DNA of 59,799 bases from Deltaproteobacteria bacterium (GCA_025361065.1 JANYAY010000032.1:1-59799), one strand, 5' to 3'; positions 48,878-59,658 are shown, counted from the stretch's first letter. Numbers and translations: made by a program. The notes: generated by a model not told the origin, from the sequence alone.

Positions 48878-49303
48878 TTAAGCAACAATTTTGTATTCGG
48901 TTATAACTTCAACATTATTTTTCAACATCGCCCACACCGGACAATAAGTTTCCTCCGATAATCGGATAGCTTTTTGAACGTCGGCATCCTCGGCATCCTC
49001 AGAACTTAAAATAAACTCCAGATAAATTTTTGTCAGTGCTGTCGGGTGATCGTCCCGCCTTGTACCTTTGGCATTAACTTTAAAAGCAGAGATGTTCTTT
49101 CTCATCTTTCGCAGCAAATATACAACTGTTGTTACACTGCACACGGCAAGACTCATGAGCAACAATTCCAGCGGTGTATAACCCTGACCTTCTCCCAGCG
49201 GAGGTCTGTAGTCGAAAGTGATCGCCGGATTGGACCTTGCAACTCCGGAGCACTGAACCTTTTGATCTGTCGAATTAACTGTAACTGCCAATTGCTCACC
49301 CAT
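48878..49303 (-). CDS. OsmC/YhfA-family protein
   Basis: PLELLLMSLAVC...LSEETYCPV. Confidence 0.88.
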   Translation of the reverse strand: MGEQLAVTVNSTDQKVQCSGVARSNPAITFDYRPPLGEGQGYTPLELLLMSLAVCSVTTVVYLLRKMRKNISAFKVNAKGTRRDDHPTALTKIYLEFILSSEDAEDADVQKAIRLSEETYCPVWAMLKNNVEVITEYKIVA

Positions 49304-49332
49304 GATAGTTCTCCTTTTGCTATTTTGCCGCT

Positions 49333-50034
49333 TTATTCAATCGACATCAGAGATGTCCAGCGCTCCCATTCTGTGGCACTGGGAAGCCCTTTTTTTACCA
49401 GCAGCTTAATAATAGAATCTTCGTTAAAGCGCAGATACGGATTGATCCGTCGCTCATCGGACATCGTCGAACAGACTTGATTGGGATCATAGAAACCCAG
49501 AAAACTGTCGATCTCCTTATTGTCCGGTTCCAGGTACCTGGCAAAGGCCAGGGAATCACGGACATAATCATGTCCGGCATAAATTAACGTCCCATCCGGC
49601 AAAGCCATCAGGCGTTTGACGGAAAGATAAAAACTTTTCAGATCACCGGTAAAACAATTACCGATAGTACCGTTGAAAAGAGTATCGCCGGAGATAAGTG
49701 CATGACCTGTGTAAAAGCAGACAGAATCAGCGGTATGTCCGGGAGTCCGGTAAACAGATATCTTTTCCCCGTCGATCGGAATTTCTTTATTATCGGAAAG
49801 CTCCGTAAAATTCAGAAATTTTGCCTCAGTGAGTTTTCGCAATTCATCATTGCCGGATGTATGGTCAAAGTGCCCGTGTGTATTGGTTACAATGGCCAGA
49901 GATAGACTTTTACTTTTCAGAAAATCCAGGATCGCCCGACTCGCACCGCCGTCAACGGCAATGGCTTCTCTCTTTCCATAAATCAAATAACCGAAGTTGT
50001 CGGCATCATAATGGAATTGTTCAACACTCAGCAT
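49333..50034 (-). CDS. Hydroxyacylglutathione hydrolase-like metallo-beta-lactamase
   Basis: DNFGY, THGHFDH, TPGHT, SGDTLF, YAGHDY, ERRINPYLR. Confidence 0.88.
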   Translation of the reverse strand: MLSVEQFHYDADNFGYLIYGKREAIAVDGGASRAILDFLKSKSLSLAIVTNTHGHFDHTSGNDELRKLTEAKFLNFTELSDNKEIPIDGEKISVYRTPGHTADSVCFYTGHALISGDTLFNGTIGNCFTGDLKSFYLSVKRLMALPDGTLIYAGHDYVRDSLAFARYLEPDNKEIDSFLGFYDPNQVCSTMSDERRINPYLRFNEDSIIKLLVKKGLPSATEWERWTSLMSIE

Positions 50035-50142
50035 AATAACCCCTTTCCTCTTAATCAGATATGTATTGCCGCTTTATGCCGGTACAACAATTATTCACCG
50101 GATTTGTACATCCCTGAAAAAATAAATCTTTCCCCCAGTATT

Positions 50143-50739
50143 TTAAAACTGAATTCCCTGGGATATAAAAGCGGCAATACCTCGACGTACTATCATCACA
50201 CCAATTGCCGCCAGAAGCAGGCTCGTAATTTTCGATACTGTTTTGGAACCTGTCTTCCCCAATACTTTATTAATGAACGGAGCAAAATAAAAAATACCGC
50301 CGACAATCAATATATTGATGATAATTGCCGCAGAAGTTATAAACAGGCTGTGCTCGTTGATTAAAAGCAGGGAAGTAGTCAACACTGCCGGGCCGGTAAT
50401 CAGAGGCACGCCTATCGGCACAGCACCCACACTTTCCGGATCAACTGCATACGACGGCTTTTCCGTAGAAAGAATATCTCTGATGGAAATTATGAAAAGA
50501 AGCGTTCCTCCGGCAATCATGAAATCAGCCACGGTTATTCCCAGAAACTTTAATATCACCGTACCCAGAGCAAGAAACGCCAGTGCCACAATCAAAGCCG
50601 TAATCATCGATTGCAAAATTATACGCCGAACTTTGGGGGTATCAATCCCTTCGGTGAGATTGATGAAAAGCGGCAGCACACCGATGGCATCAACAGCGAC
50701 AAACAGTGGAACAAAACTCAGCCAGAATGATTTCATCAC
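50143..50739 (-). CDS. MarC family membrane protein
   Basis: FMIAGG.LL, VPIGVPLITGP, LLLAAIGV. Confidence 0.92.
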   Translation of the reverse strand: MMKSFWLSFVPLFVAVDAIGVLPLFINLTEGIDTPKVRRIILQSMITALIVALAFLALGTVILKFLGITVADFMIAGGTLLFIISIRDILSTEKPSYAVDPESVGAVPIGVPLITGPAVLTTSLLLINEHSLFITSAAIIINILIVGGIFYFAPFINKVLGKTGSKTVSKITSLLLAAIGVMIVRRGIAAFISQGIQF

Positions 50740-50908
50740 GGGGCAAACCTCAACTTTTAAGTCGTTTACGGCATTATACCAGATTAACAGGAAATGACAT
50801 AAGATTTCTCCCCGCGTTCATCCACATAATCACTCCGGATGACACTTGCAGTGAAAATTCATATTAATGTGTAATCGCAACATTGTTTTTCAACAAAATA
50901 AATGATAA

Positions 50909-51013
50909 TTAATCAACCACGTCGCAGCAAGTTGTCGAGGTATGAAATGAACGTCATTATACCGCGAGCTCGCTGCGGAGAATTAACGCTTGTCCCGCGT
51001 GAGCGGGATTAAA
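50909..51013 (+). repeat. Family A palindromic repeat, full length
   Basis: TTAATCAACCAC-hairpin-ATGAAATGAACGTCAT-hairpin-GAGAATTAA-GTCCCGCGTGAGCGGGATTAAA. Confidence 0.88.
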
Positions 51014-51108
51014 CAATCCTGATTTCAGGCAATTCATTGTGTTGTCTGGAAATGCCCGATTTAGCAGCAAGTGAGCAAATAAAAGCTTTAGGAGGCTGCC
51101 CCCCATCC

Positions 51109-52662
51109 ATGAAGATCTACGAAGGAAATATTGTTAGTTGTGATAGTAATAATTCCCTATTTCAATATCTGGTAGAAGATAACGGAATCATCCGCTTTGT
51201 CGGCAATGTGCTGCCGGCAGAATATCTTTCTTTCCCCAGAGTACTCCTGCAGGGAAAGGCACTGCTGCCCGCTTTTGCCGACACTCATATGCATTATTCA
51301 TCCTACGCCTTTTTTGCTTCCAGCCTCGATGTCAGGCAGGCCACTTCCATAGCTGAAATAATCGAACTGATTGAACAATACATTATTACCAACCGTCCTA
51401 AAACAGTTCTCGGCTTCGGCGTTTCCGCCCATAATGTAAAAGAAAAAAGGCTCATCGAAAAGATTGACCTTAACCGTGCCTTTCGTAAAATACCGGTCAT
51501 GCTCATCAAGTACGACGGCCATGCCTCGGTAAACAATACCTGCATGCTGGAAATGCTTCCGGCCAAAATCCTTTCTCTGCGGGGATTTCATTCCGGAACC
51601 GGCCAGCTGAATCAAGAGGCCTATTTTGCGGCAACCGATTTTATCACCGGGAAAGTATCGCCTATTGCTTTACTGAAAAACTCCCTGCACGGTTTTGATC
51701 TCCTCGCCGCAAAAGGTATCGGGATGATCCATACTGCTGAAGGCGTCGGTTTTCCCAGAGATCTCGATGTCGATCTGATCCGGTTTATTGCCCGCGGATT
51801 ATCCAATCCTTTTCAGGTACGCCTGTTTTTCCAGACAATGGACATCCTTAAGGTCCAAAAGCGCAAACTGCCGCGTATCGGTGGGTGCTTTGCCACTGCG
51901 CTCGACGGCTGCTTTGGTTCCGTTGATGCCGCGCTCGCAGAACCATACTCCAACAATCCGGCAAATAAAGGAGTCCTTTTTTATAATCAGGAAGATGTTA
52001 ATGCTTTTGCGAAAAAAGCCAACCGCGCCGATTTGCAAATTGCCATGCATGCGATTGGTGATGCCGCCTTCGATCAAGCTGTAAACGCATTGGAGATGGC
52101 GTTGAAAGATTATCCCCGGGAGAACCACAGACATACGCTAATCCACGCCTGCCTGCCGACCGATGCCGGCCTGGAAAAGAGCGCTCGGCTGGGATTGGGG
52201 ATTGCCGCCCAACCGGCATTTATTCATTGGCCGCTCGAACCAATGGAATATCTGGAAAAGATTCTTGGTGACAGGGCATATCAACTTAACCCCCTGAAGA
52301 AAATGGTGGACATGGGAATAATTGTCAGCGGCGGCTCTGACGCACCCTGCACGCTGCCCGATCCTGTTGAAGGGATTTATTGCGCCTGCAATAACACGGT
52401 GCCGGAAGAATCGCTTTCCATTACCGACGCTCTCAGGCTTTTTACCAGCAATGCCGCCTGGATGAGTTTCGACGAAAAACAGAGAGGGACGCTCGAGACA
52501 GGCAAGATTGCCGATATGGTGATACTAAACAGAAACCCGCTGGAAATGAAGCCGGAAGCTTTGCGGGAACTGAAAGTAGAGTTATTGCTCTTGCAGGGCA
52601 AGGAATGCAAGCCCGGGCAGGGCCTTTTCAGCATGCTGTCCCGGGGCTTGTTTAATAAATAA
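51109..52662 (+). CDS. Amidohydrolase family 3 (YtcJ-like)
   Basis: PAFADTHMH, DGH, MHAIGD, GGSDAP, GTLETGKIADMVIL; start uncertain (51037 or 51109). Confidence 0.88.
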   Translation: MKIYEGNIVSCDSNNSLFQYLVEDNGIIRFVGNVLPAEYLSFPRVLLQGKALLPAFADTHMHYSSYAFFASSLDVRQATSIAEIIELIEQYIITNRPKTVLGFGVSAHNVKEKRLIEKIDLNRAFRKIPVMLIKYDGHASVNNTCMLEMLPAKILSLRGFHSGTGQLNQEAYFAATDFITGKVSPIALLKNSLHGFDLLAAKGIGMIHTAEGVGFPRDLDVDLIRFIARGLSNPFQVRLFFQTMDILKVQKRKLPRIGGCFATALDGCFGSVDAALAEPYSNNPANKGVLFYNQEDVNAFAKKANRADLQIAMHAIGDAAFDQAVNALEMALKDYPRENHRHTLIHACLPTDAGLEKSARLGLGIAAQPAFIHWPLEPMEYLEKILGDRAYQLNPLKKMVDMGIIVSGGSDAPCTLPDPVEGIYCACNNTVPEESLSITDALRLFTSNAAWMSFDEKQRGTLETGKIADMVILNRNPLEMKPEALRELKVELLLLQGKECKPGQGLFSMLSRGLFNK

Positions 52663-52674
52663 TTACCGCTACAT

Positions 52675-54144
52675 TTACGAATTAGTTATCAGCTGCATAT
52701 AAAATTTTATCAACTGAGTGTAGTTGTCCAGAGCAATACGTTCATTGATGCCATGCAATCGGCCGGTATCATCTTTCCTGAAAATCTGGGGAGAAAATTT
52801 ATAAATATCTCTCGTCAACCCGGTAAAATGGCGAGAATCGGAAGCGGCAATAGCAAGCGCTGGAGCCACTATTACATCGGGGAAAATCTGCCGGATTGAT
52901 TTTTGAATTGCCCGGAAATTTTTGGAATCAATGTCGGCCACCGGCGATGGAGGCTGAATTTCTTTGGCAATAGCCCTAATTTCGATACGCGGGTCATTGA
53001 CAGTTTTACGTACATGCTCCAAAACACTTTCCGGCGTGTCACCCGGCAAAATCCGGAAATTAACCACCGCCCGGGCAATATTGGGCATTACATTATTCTT
53101 GTTGCTGCCTTCGAGTACTGTTGGCGCCGTTGTTGTTCGAATCATAGCGTTGGTAGTATTTGATTTTTGTAATTGCCCTTTCAACAAACCTTCCGTCAGC
53201 CACAAATTAGCAAAAATAATTTTGTTGGGGAAAGACATTTCCCGGCCGGCATAATCAAACAGATATTTTGCCGGTCCATCGAGCCTTGCCGGAAAAGGAT
53301 TGTTTTCCAACTTAGTTATCGCCTTACAAAGGATACCTACCGTTGTTTCACGGGGCGGCATCGAGGAATGGCCACCCGCACCCTTTGCCCGCAACTCAAC
53401 ATTCATAATGCCTTTTTCGGCAATGCCAACCAGGCCGGCGCGAGCGGCAATACCGGGCATTACGCCGTCGGTTATAACCATCCCTTCATCGATGACGTAA
53501 TCCAAGGCAAATCCGCGCGATTTGAATAATTCGGCAATCTTCACCGCCCCCTGACTTCCACCCACCTCTTCATCATGTCCCGATACGATATAAATGGTTT
53601 GTTTCGGTTGAAATCCCTTTGCCAGCAATCCTTCCACCGCCTCCATGATACCCAGGAGGTTGGATTTGTTATCCAGCGTACCGCGTCCCCAGATATACCC
53701 TTCGGCAATGCGCCCCTCAAAAGGCTCATATTTCCATTCTTTTATTGTTTTTTCTTCAACCGGCACAACATCCATATGCGCAATAAATACAGCCGGCTTT
53801 AGTTTTAAATCCCTTCCCGGCCAGGTATAAAGAAGACTGTATTTATTGATGACTTCCTTTTTCAAAGCTTTATGCAACTGCGGGAACGACCTTTCCAGAT
53901 ATATATGGAATTTCAGGAATTCAGCTCCCTTAAAATCTGCATTGTTTTCATAAGAAATGGTGGAAATTTTAATAGCGTCGGAAAGACGCTGGGAAGCACT
54001 TTTTGCGTCTACGGTAAAATCACCGGCAGTTTCAGCCTTAACCTGCTTGGATGTAAACAAAACTGTTTTTATAAGTACTATGGTCAATAAAATTAGAATA
54101 ACTGCAAAAATACCAGCCAACACTTTTGCAACTTTCCTGCCCAT
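52675..54144 (-). CDS. M20 metallopeptidase (carboxypeptidase S / PM20D1-like)
   Basis: N-terminal TM; AHMDVVP, GRGTLDNK, HDEE, GGHSSMP, HGINER. Confidence 0.9.
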   Translation of the reverse strand: MGRKVAKVLAGIFAVILILLTIVLIKTVLFTSKQVKAETAGDFTVDAKSASQRLSDAIKISTISYENNADFKGAEFLKFHIYLERSFPQLHKALKKEVINKYSLLYTWPGRDLKLKPAVFIAHMDVVPVEEKTIKEWKYEPFEGRIAEGYIWGRGTLDNKSNLLGIMEAVEGLLAKGFQPKQTIYIVSGHDEEVGGSQGAVKIAELFKSRGFALDYVIDEGMVITDGVMPGIAARAGLVGIAEKGIMNVELRAKGAGGHSSMPPRETTVGILCKAITKLENNPFPARLDGPAKYLFDYAGREMSFPNKIIFANLWLTEGLLKGQLQKSNTTNAMIRTTTAPTVLEGSNKNNVMPNIARAVVNFRILPGDTPESVLEHVRKTVNDPRIEIRAIAKEIQPPSPVADIDSKNFRAIQKSIRQIFPDVIVAPALAIAASDSRHFTGLTRDIYKFSPQIFRKDDTGRLHGINERIALDNYTQLIKFYMQLITNS

Positions 54145-54351
54145 TTTATTCCTCCTTTCATCATCAGATGCCAACTCCATATTCTGGATAAGTTCGGCAA
54201 ACTGCGAAAATAATATACCTTTTTCAATTAATTGTCTTTACTTTTTTTCAAACTTATCTGATCTGGAGATAAACATTTTTATGGAAAAGATTATTTTAAA
54301 ATGTAAAAATACTGAAGTCTAAAAACATATGGAAATTGAGGGAATCTTCCC

Positions 54352-55068
54352 ATGCATCTGAAAAAAATGACTCTACATCCGGAAAAATATCCAACCGGCA
54401 AGAGCTATCCTTTCAACCTGCCTCTTTTTCAGGAAACCAGACAGGTCACGTTGGACACGGCGGTAACAATGTTTGCCGGCGAGAACGGCACGGGCAAATC
54501 CACTTTACTGGAAGCCTTGGCTGTTGCCTGTAATATCCATATCTGGCGCACTTCGGAGAGAAGCCGGCCGGATTATAATCCTTACGAAGGCATGCTGCAT
54601 AAATATATTTCGGTGGAATGGACCAATGAACGGATACCGGGATCTTTTTTCGGTTCTAATATTTTCCAGCATTTTACGGAACTTTTAGATGAATGGGCAG
54701 CCGCAGATCGTGGCCAGTTGAATTATTTCGGCGGCAAATCCTTAACCACCCAATCACATGGCCAGTCACTAATGTCCTTTTTCCGCAGCCGTTACCAGAT
54801 CAAGGGACTCTATCTGTTGGATGAACCGGAGACAGCACTGTCACCGCGCAGCCAGATTGAACTGCTTTACATCATCAAAAACATGAGTAACGCCGGCCAT
54901 GCTCAATTTATTATTGCCACCCATTCACCGCTCCTGTTAGCCTGTCCGGGTGCCAGAATATACACTTTCGATCAGACGCAGGTCCAGCCTGTTCTGTACG
55001 AAGACACTGATCCTTACCGTATTTATAAGAGTTTTCTGGATGATAGAAGCAAGTATCTTAACCCCTGA
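54352..55068 (+). CDS. Predicted ABC/AAA ATPase (COG3910-like)
   Basis: GENGTGKS, SHGQS, LLDEPETALSP, IIATHSP. Confidence 0.88.
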   Translation: MHLKKMTLHPEKYPTGKSYPFNLPLFQETRQVTLDTAVTMFAGENGTGKSTLLEALAVACNIHIWRTSERSRPDYNPYEGMLHKYISVEWTNERIPGSFFGSNIFQHFTELLDEWAAADRGQLNYFGGKSLTTQSHGQSLMSFFRSRYQIKGLYLLDEPETALSPRSQIELLYIIKNMSNAGHAQFIIATHSPLLLACPGARIYTFDQTQVQPVLYEDTDPYRIYKSFLDDRSKYLNP

Positions 55069-55082
55069 CGAGGGAGGTTGAA

Positions 55083-56360
55083 ATGCCAACCAAAAGAAAA
55101 ATGAAAAATAAACAGCAAGGTAATGATAAACTGATTAAGAAATATGAATCCTTTATTCACGGTTTCCGGGATGTTATTCTTTTCATCCGCCATAGTGACG
55201 GGAAAATATTGGAGGCAAATACTGCTGCCTTAAAAGCTTATCAATACTCCCGTGATGAATTAGTCACCAAAACAATTTTTGATCTGCGGTCACCGGAAAC
55301 GCGTAAACAAATCATGCCTCAGATGGATGCCGCCGCTATTTCCGGTCTTTTGCTGGAAACAGTCCATATCAGGAAAAATGGCACAAGGTTTCCGGTGGAA
55401 GTCAATTCTCAGGGTATCACCATTGGTGAAGAAACTATAATTTTGAGCGTTGTTCGCGATATTTCCGAGCGAAAAATCGCTGAGCAATTACTGCAGGAAA
55501 GCGAGAATAATCTGCGTGCTCTACTTAATGCAGTAACTGAATCTTTCTATCTTATGAATAAAGACGGCGTTATTCTCGCCGCCAATGAAACCATGGCCCG
55601 GAGATATGGACTCGCCCTTGAGACCTTGGTGGGAAGCTGCATTTATGATCTGGTGACACCGGATATAGCCGGTCAAAGGAGGGCTCAGGCTAACCTGGTT
55701 ATCGAGAGCGGCAAACCGGTACGTTTCGAAGATATGCGTTTCAAGCGAAATATCGATCAGGTCCTCTACCCTGTTTTCAACAGCAATGGACGGGTCGTGC
55801 GCATCGCTGTCTTTGGCATTGATCTTACCGACCGGCGGAAAATGGAACACGATCTGGAAACCATGGCCTTTACCGATCAGCTCACCGGCATTTATAACAG
55901 GAGAGGGTTTATCAATCTTGCAGAGCGCCAACTTAAATTTTCTAAACGTTCGAAACAAAGAATGCTGCTTTTTTTTGCCGATATAGATAAAATGAAATGG
56001 ATAAACGATAACTTTGGCCACGAAGATGGCGACAGAGCACTGATCAATACGGCCAGAATTCTCGTTAAAACTTTTCGTGAATCTGATATTGTTTCGCGTG
56101 TAGGAGGTGATGAATTTGCTATTCTGGCTATTGACGCTGAAGACAAAACAGCAGAAGGCCTGCTGGACCGGCTAAACAAACTAATTCATAGCAGCAATTC
56201 ACGCAAGGGCCGGAAATACGATCTTTCCATCAGTATCGGTTATGCGGTATTTGATCCCCACCATCCCGACTCTCTTGATGAACTGATGTCCCGCGCCGAC
56301 ATGCATATGTATAAGCAAAAGAAAGCAAAAAGCAGGCGCAGGCGCCGAGAACACGAATAG
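55083..56360 (+). CDS. PAS-PAS diguanylate cyclase
   Basis: Two PAS domains; intact GGDEF with RESD I-site. Confidence 0.93.
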   Translation: MPTKRKMKNKQQGNDKLIKKYESFIHGFRDVILFIRHSDGKILEANTAALKAYQYSRDELVTKTIFDLRSPETRKQIMPQMDAAAISGLLLETVHIRKNGTRFPVEVNSQGITIGEETIILSVVRDISERKIAEQLLQESENNLRALLNAVTESFYLMNKDGVILAANETMARRYGLALETLVGSCIYDLVTPDIAGQRRAQANLVIESGKPVRFEDMRFKRNIDQVLYPVFNSNGRVVRIAVFGIDLTDRRKMEHDLETMAFTDQLTGIYNRRGFINLAERQLKFSKRSKQRMLLFFADIDKMKWINDNFGHEDGDRALINTARILVKTFRESDIVSRVGGDEFAILAIDAEDKTAEGLLDRLNKLIHSSNSRKGRKYDLSISIGYAVFDPHHPDSLDELMSRADMHMYKQKKAKSRRRRREHE

Positions 56361-56379
56361 AACCGTCTTTGCTTATGAT

Positions 56380-56985
56380 TTAAAGTGTCTTCAGCACGAA
56401 TTTGTCCAAAGGGAAGCGCGGTCTGGCCTTGGGTGACTGATCGGGATGCCCGACCGGCAGAAGTGCTACCGGCCAGATATTTTCGGCCAGTGCCAGCCAT
56501 AATTTTACCTTCTCGCGGTCAAATCTTCCCAGCCAGCAACTGCCCAGGCCAAGATCAACGGCTTTAAGGACGATGTGCTCCACGGCAATGGCTACATTCA
56601 TCGAAAGATACGCTTGAATTGCTTGTGCATCCATGACGGGGGTAGAGACGGCTGATGCATCACTCGCATCTATATCGACGCCGTCGAACACGCCTTCTTT
56701 CAGGAGTTCTCCCACACGCATGTCCCTTGTGGAGATGGCTGTCAGATCGGCGCAGCACACAAAAATGACTGCGGCTCGGGTGATGAACTTATAGGGGGTG
56801 TATTGGCCCAGGGCCTCTTTGGCGGCAGGTGATTGAATAACGATGAACCGCGCAGGCTGGAGGTTTGAGCCCGAAGGGGCGAGCCGTGCGGCGTCGAGAA
56901 GGAGGTGAATGGTATCTGGGGAAATATCCTCCGGACTGAATTTACGAATGCTCCTTCGGGAAGCAATGACGTCTGTTAATTCCAC
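56380..56985 (-). CDS. Nitroreductase family protein
   Basis: RRSIRKF, APSGSNLQP, LGLGSCW. Confidence 0.93.
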   Translation of the reverse strand: MELTDVIASRRSIRKFSPEDISPDTIHLLLDAARLAPSGSNLQPARFIVIQSPAAKEALGQYTPYKFITRAAVIFVCCADLTAISTRDMRVGELLKEGVFDGVDIDASDASAVSTPVMDAQAIQAYLSMNVAIAVEHIVLKAVDLGLGSCWLGRFDREKVKLWLALAENIWPVALLPVGHPDQSPKARPRFPLDKFVLKTL

Positions 56986-57015
56986 TGTGGCACCCCCGGA
57001 AATATTGTATGGAGA

Positions 57016-57044
57016 ACTCTACAACATGCTCCCGGACATGTCAA
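57016..57044 (-). promoter_or_regulatory. Sigma70 promoter of the nitroreductase gene
   Basis: TTGACA-N17-TAGAGT. Confidence 0.65.
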
Positions 57045-57240
57045 ATAAGGATTATATATGTCTGATTATCATCGGAACGCCGGTATAATAAGACCTAAGA
57101 GGAAAAATAATTTACAATAATAAGAGAATAAAGCACTTTTTTAGTAGAAAAATATTAGTATATGTGTTATTTTGCAGACATAAAGCACTAAAGGTTAGTG
57201 CGTTAGTAAAAAATATTTAATCTGAAAAAGGAGGAAAATA

Positions 57241-57513
57241 ATGAACAAAGCGGACATCATCAATGAAATTGCAAAGGCTACATGTACCAAAGCGGAAGCT
57301 GCAAAAGCACTCGACGCATTTTTGGAAGCGGTCAAGAAAGACCTGAAAAAGGGCAATAAGGTAACGCTCATTGGTTTTGGAACTTTTTCAGTAGCTAAAA
57401 GAGCTGCCAGAAAAGGGAGAAATCCCCAGACCGGCGCGGCAATCAAAATCGCCGCCAAGAAAGTCCCCAAGTTTACAGCCGGCAAGGCATTAAAAGCGGC
57501 AGTTGCCAAGTAG
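57241..57513 (+). CDS. hupB: DNA-binding protein HU
   Basis: [32 protein letters not shown]. Confidence 0.95.
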   Translation: MNKADIINEIAKATCTKAEAAKALDAFLEAVKKDLKKGNKVTLIGFGTFSVAKRAARKGRNPQTGAAIKIAAKKVPKFTAGKALKAAVAK

Positions 57514-57627
57514 AATTTGATTATGTCGGCAGTTTATGCCGATGTTCACTTTCGTTGATCTGCAACTGCAAAGTTCTGATCACTCCGGTTCCTGTGTTTT
57601 TTACTAGAATTTGTAACATTATCCAAA

Positions 57628-57670
57628 AATAAAAAAAGCTACTTCTGAAACCAGGGGTAGCTTTTTTATT
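57628..57670. terminator. Bidirectional terminator between hup and panE
   Basis: AATAAAAAAAGCTACTTCTG...CAGGGGTAGCTTTTTTATT. Confidence 0.85.
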
Positions 57671-57730
57671 ATTTTCTTTGCTTCCACCATCCTTTTCCCA
57701 TGCTGTGATGACGGTGATCCCTGCGCCTCA

Positions 57731-58666
57731 TTATATTCCTGAGGGCAGCAAACAATTTTTCAGATGATTACATACCTGGTCATGCAATGGCGTGGGAATT
57801 CCCAACTCCCTTCCGGATTGTCTGACATAACCAGTGAAGATATCTATTTCCGTCTGATTGCCTCGTTCCTGATCGATCTGCAGGGAAGTTTTGGTATCAT
57901 AAGCAAAGCCTCCGATCCTTTCTAATGTCTTTTCGACAATATCTTCCGGCAGGGAAACCCCGCGGGCTTCGGCAATTAATTTCACTTCCTTGATCATTTC
58001 CTGGAGCCGGTTTTTTAAATCCGGATTTTCCAAAACACCGCCAAATGTTTTTCCGGTGGCGGCAGTCAGTCCGGCTAAAGGGCAAATCAGCAGATATTTT
58101 GTCCACAAAGCAATGGATATCTGGCAGGTCAGCTCGGCATTAATCCCGGCCTGCAATAAAATATCCAAAATGAATTGATAGCTTTTTGCCGATTGATCGT
58201 CTGTACCAAATACAAGCTTGCAGGTTCCTGCCGTTTGACGCACTACGCCCGGTTTTTCCATTGCCGCGGAAATATAAACACATCCTTTCAATATACGGGC
58301 CCGGGGCAATATTTTGTTTAATCTTTCCGCAATATCGACACCATTGAGCAGTGGAATAACGATTGTGTTCTCATTGATATTCCCGATAAGCGCCAAAGCC
58401 GCCTTCTCCAGATGGTAGCTCTTGGTGCAAAAGAAGACTAAATCAAAGATGCCTGCCCCGGCAGGATCATCGGTAGCCAGCGCAGGGGACACAACATAAG
58501 AACCTTCTTTTGTGAATAATGTCAGTCCATCATTTTTGATCGCTGCTAAATGTTCGCCGCGGCAAATAAAAACTATTTCATGCTGACCGGAATCGGCGAA
58601 TGCACGCGCCAGTTTGCCGCCAAAATACCCCCCTACTCCACCGATACCGATTATTGCGATTCTCAT
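57731..58666 (-). CDS. panE: 2-dehydropantoate 2-reductase
   Basis: GIGGVGG, CTKSY, LNGVD, LWTKY, TSLQID, TEID. Confidence 0.9.
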   Translation of the reverse strand: MRIAIIGIGGVGGYFGGKLARAFADSGQHEIVFICRGEHLAAIKNDGLTLFTKEGSYVVSPALATDDPAGAGIFDLVFFCTKSYHLEKAALALIGNINENTIVIPLLNGVDIAERLNKILPRARILKGCVYISAAMEKPGVVRQTAGTCKLVFGTDDQSAKSYQFILDILLQAGINAELTCQISIALWTKYLLICPLAGLTAATGKTFGGVLENPDLKNRLQEMIKEVKLIAEARGVSLPEDIVEKTLERIGGFAYDTKTSLQIDQERGNQTEIDIFTGYVRQSGRELGIPTPLHDQVCNHLKNCLLPSGI

Positions 58667-58729
58667 AAATTAATATTCCTTTTTTTCAGCTTTTCACCCA
58701 AGTATTTCTATGTTCGCCTTCGGCTATAT

Positions 58730-59599
58730 TTACAAATTACCTTCGGCGACGGTGATGGATTTTCCCCCGACAAGGACTTCGATATTATCGTCTATTTCCG
58801 CTGCCCTTAAATAAAGCAGGGAGGGGCGATTGATCTCATAACCCTGTTCGGAACGGATATTAATTTCCTTTTTACCCCAATACCTATTCTTGACAAGGTA
58901 AGCGGCCAGGCAGCCATTGCCGCTGCCTGTGGCGGGATCTTCGGGCACGCCATAATAATCAGCAAACATACGGACGCTGATGTCATTCAATCCGGCATGA
59001 GATTCCGGGCAGAAAACAAGAATCGGTTTAGCCCAGGTATTTTTAATGAGGTTATAATACTTATCCAATGCAACCTGTATACGTTTTAACGAATCCAATT
59101 TTCTCAGGGGAACGATAATATGCGGCAGTCCGGTGGAAACTTCTTCTATGGGAAAGCGCTCATCGATTTCTGAGCGGGAGAGCCCCAAAACCCCGGCCAT
59201 GGCATTAATATCCAGCTTCCGTCCGAACTCCGGGCGAACCTGCTTCATCCAACTGATATTTTCTTGAAATGTTACCGCTATGGGACCAACCTTTAAATTC
59301 AGGATAATTTCCCGGGGAGCATCCCGGACAATTTCACTGCGAATAATATGTGCTGTGCCTAATGTGGGATGACCGGCAAAGGGAACTTCTGCCGCCGGTG
59401 TAAAGATGAGCACATCATATCCTCCATTGTTTTTATCATCAGATATAATAAAGGTGGTTTCTGAAAAATGCATCTCCCGGGCAATGGCCTGTTTTTGATC
59501 CATGGAGAGATTTGCTCCACCGCGAAAAACGGCCAATTGATTCCCGGCAAACTTCTCCTCGGCAAATACATCAACAATGTAAAAAATAAGTTTTCCCAT
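58730..59599 (-). CDS. PhzF-family isomerase/epimerase
   Basis: VDVFA...GNQLAV, SETTF, EVPFAGHPTLG, EDPATGS. Confidence 0.92.
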   Translation of the reverse strand: MGKLIFYIVDVFAEEKFAGNQLAVFRGGANLSMDQKQAIAREMHFSETTFIISDDKNNGGYDVLIFTPAAEVPFAGHPTLGTAHIIRSEIVRDAPREIILNLKVGPIAVTFQENISWMKQVRPEFGRKLDINAMAGVLGLSRSEIDERFPIEEVSTGLPHIIVPLRKLDSLKRIQVALDKYYNLIKNTWAKPILVFCPESHAGLNDISVRMFADYYGVPEDPATGSGNGCLAAYLVKNRYWGKKEINIRSEQGYEINRPSLLYLRAAEIDDNIEVLVGGKSITVAEGNL

Positions 59600-59658
59600 T
59601 CAATTATGATGACTCCGTAAAGAGTCGGAAAAGCCTCAGAATTGTCATTCCGGCGAAA

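Noticed and set aside
3555..51013. Dispersed repeats as a CRISPR array or integron attC sites
   Set aside because: They are not tandem with spacers, there are no cas or intI genes, and they sit between core genes
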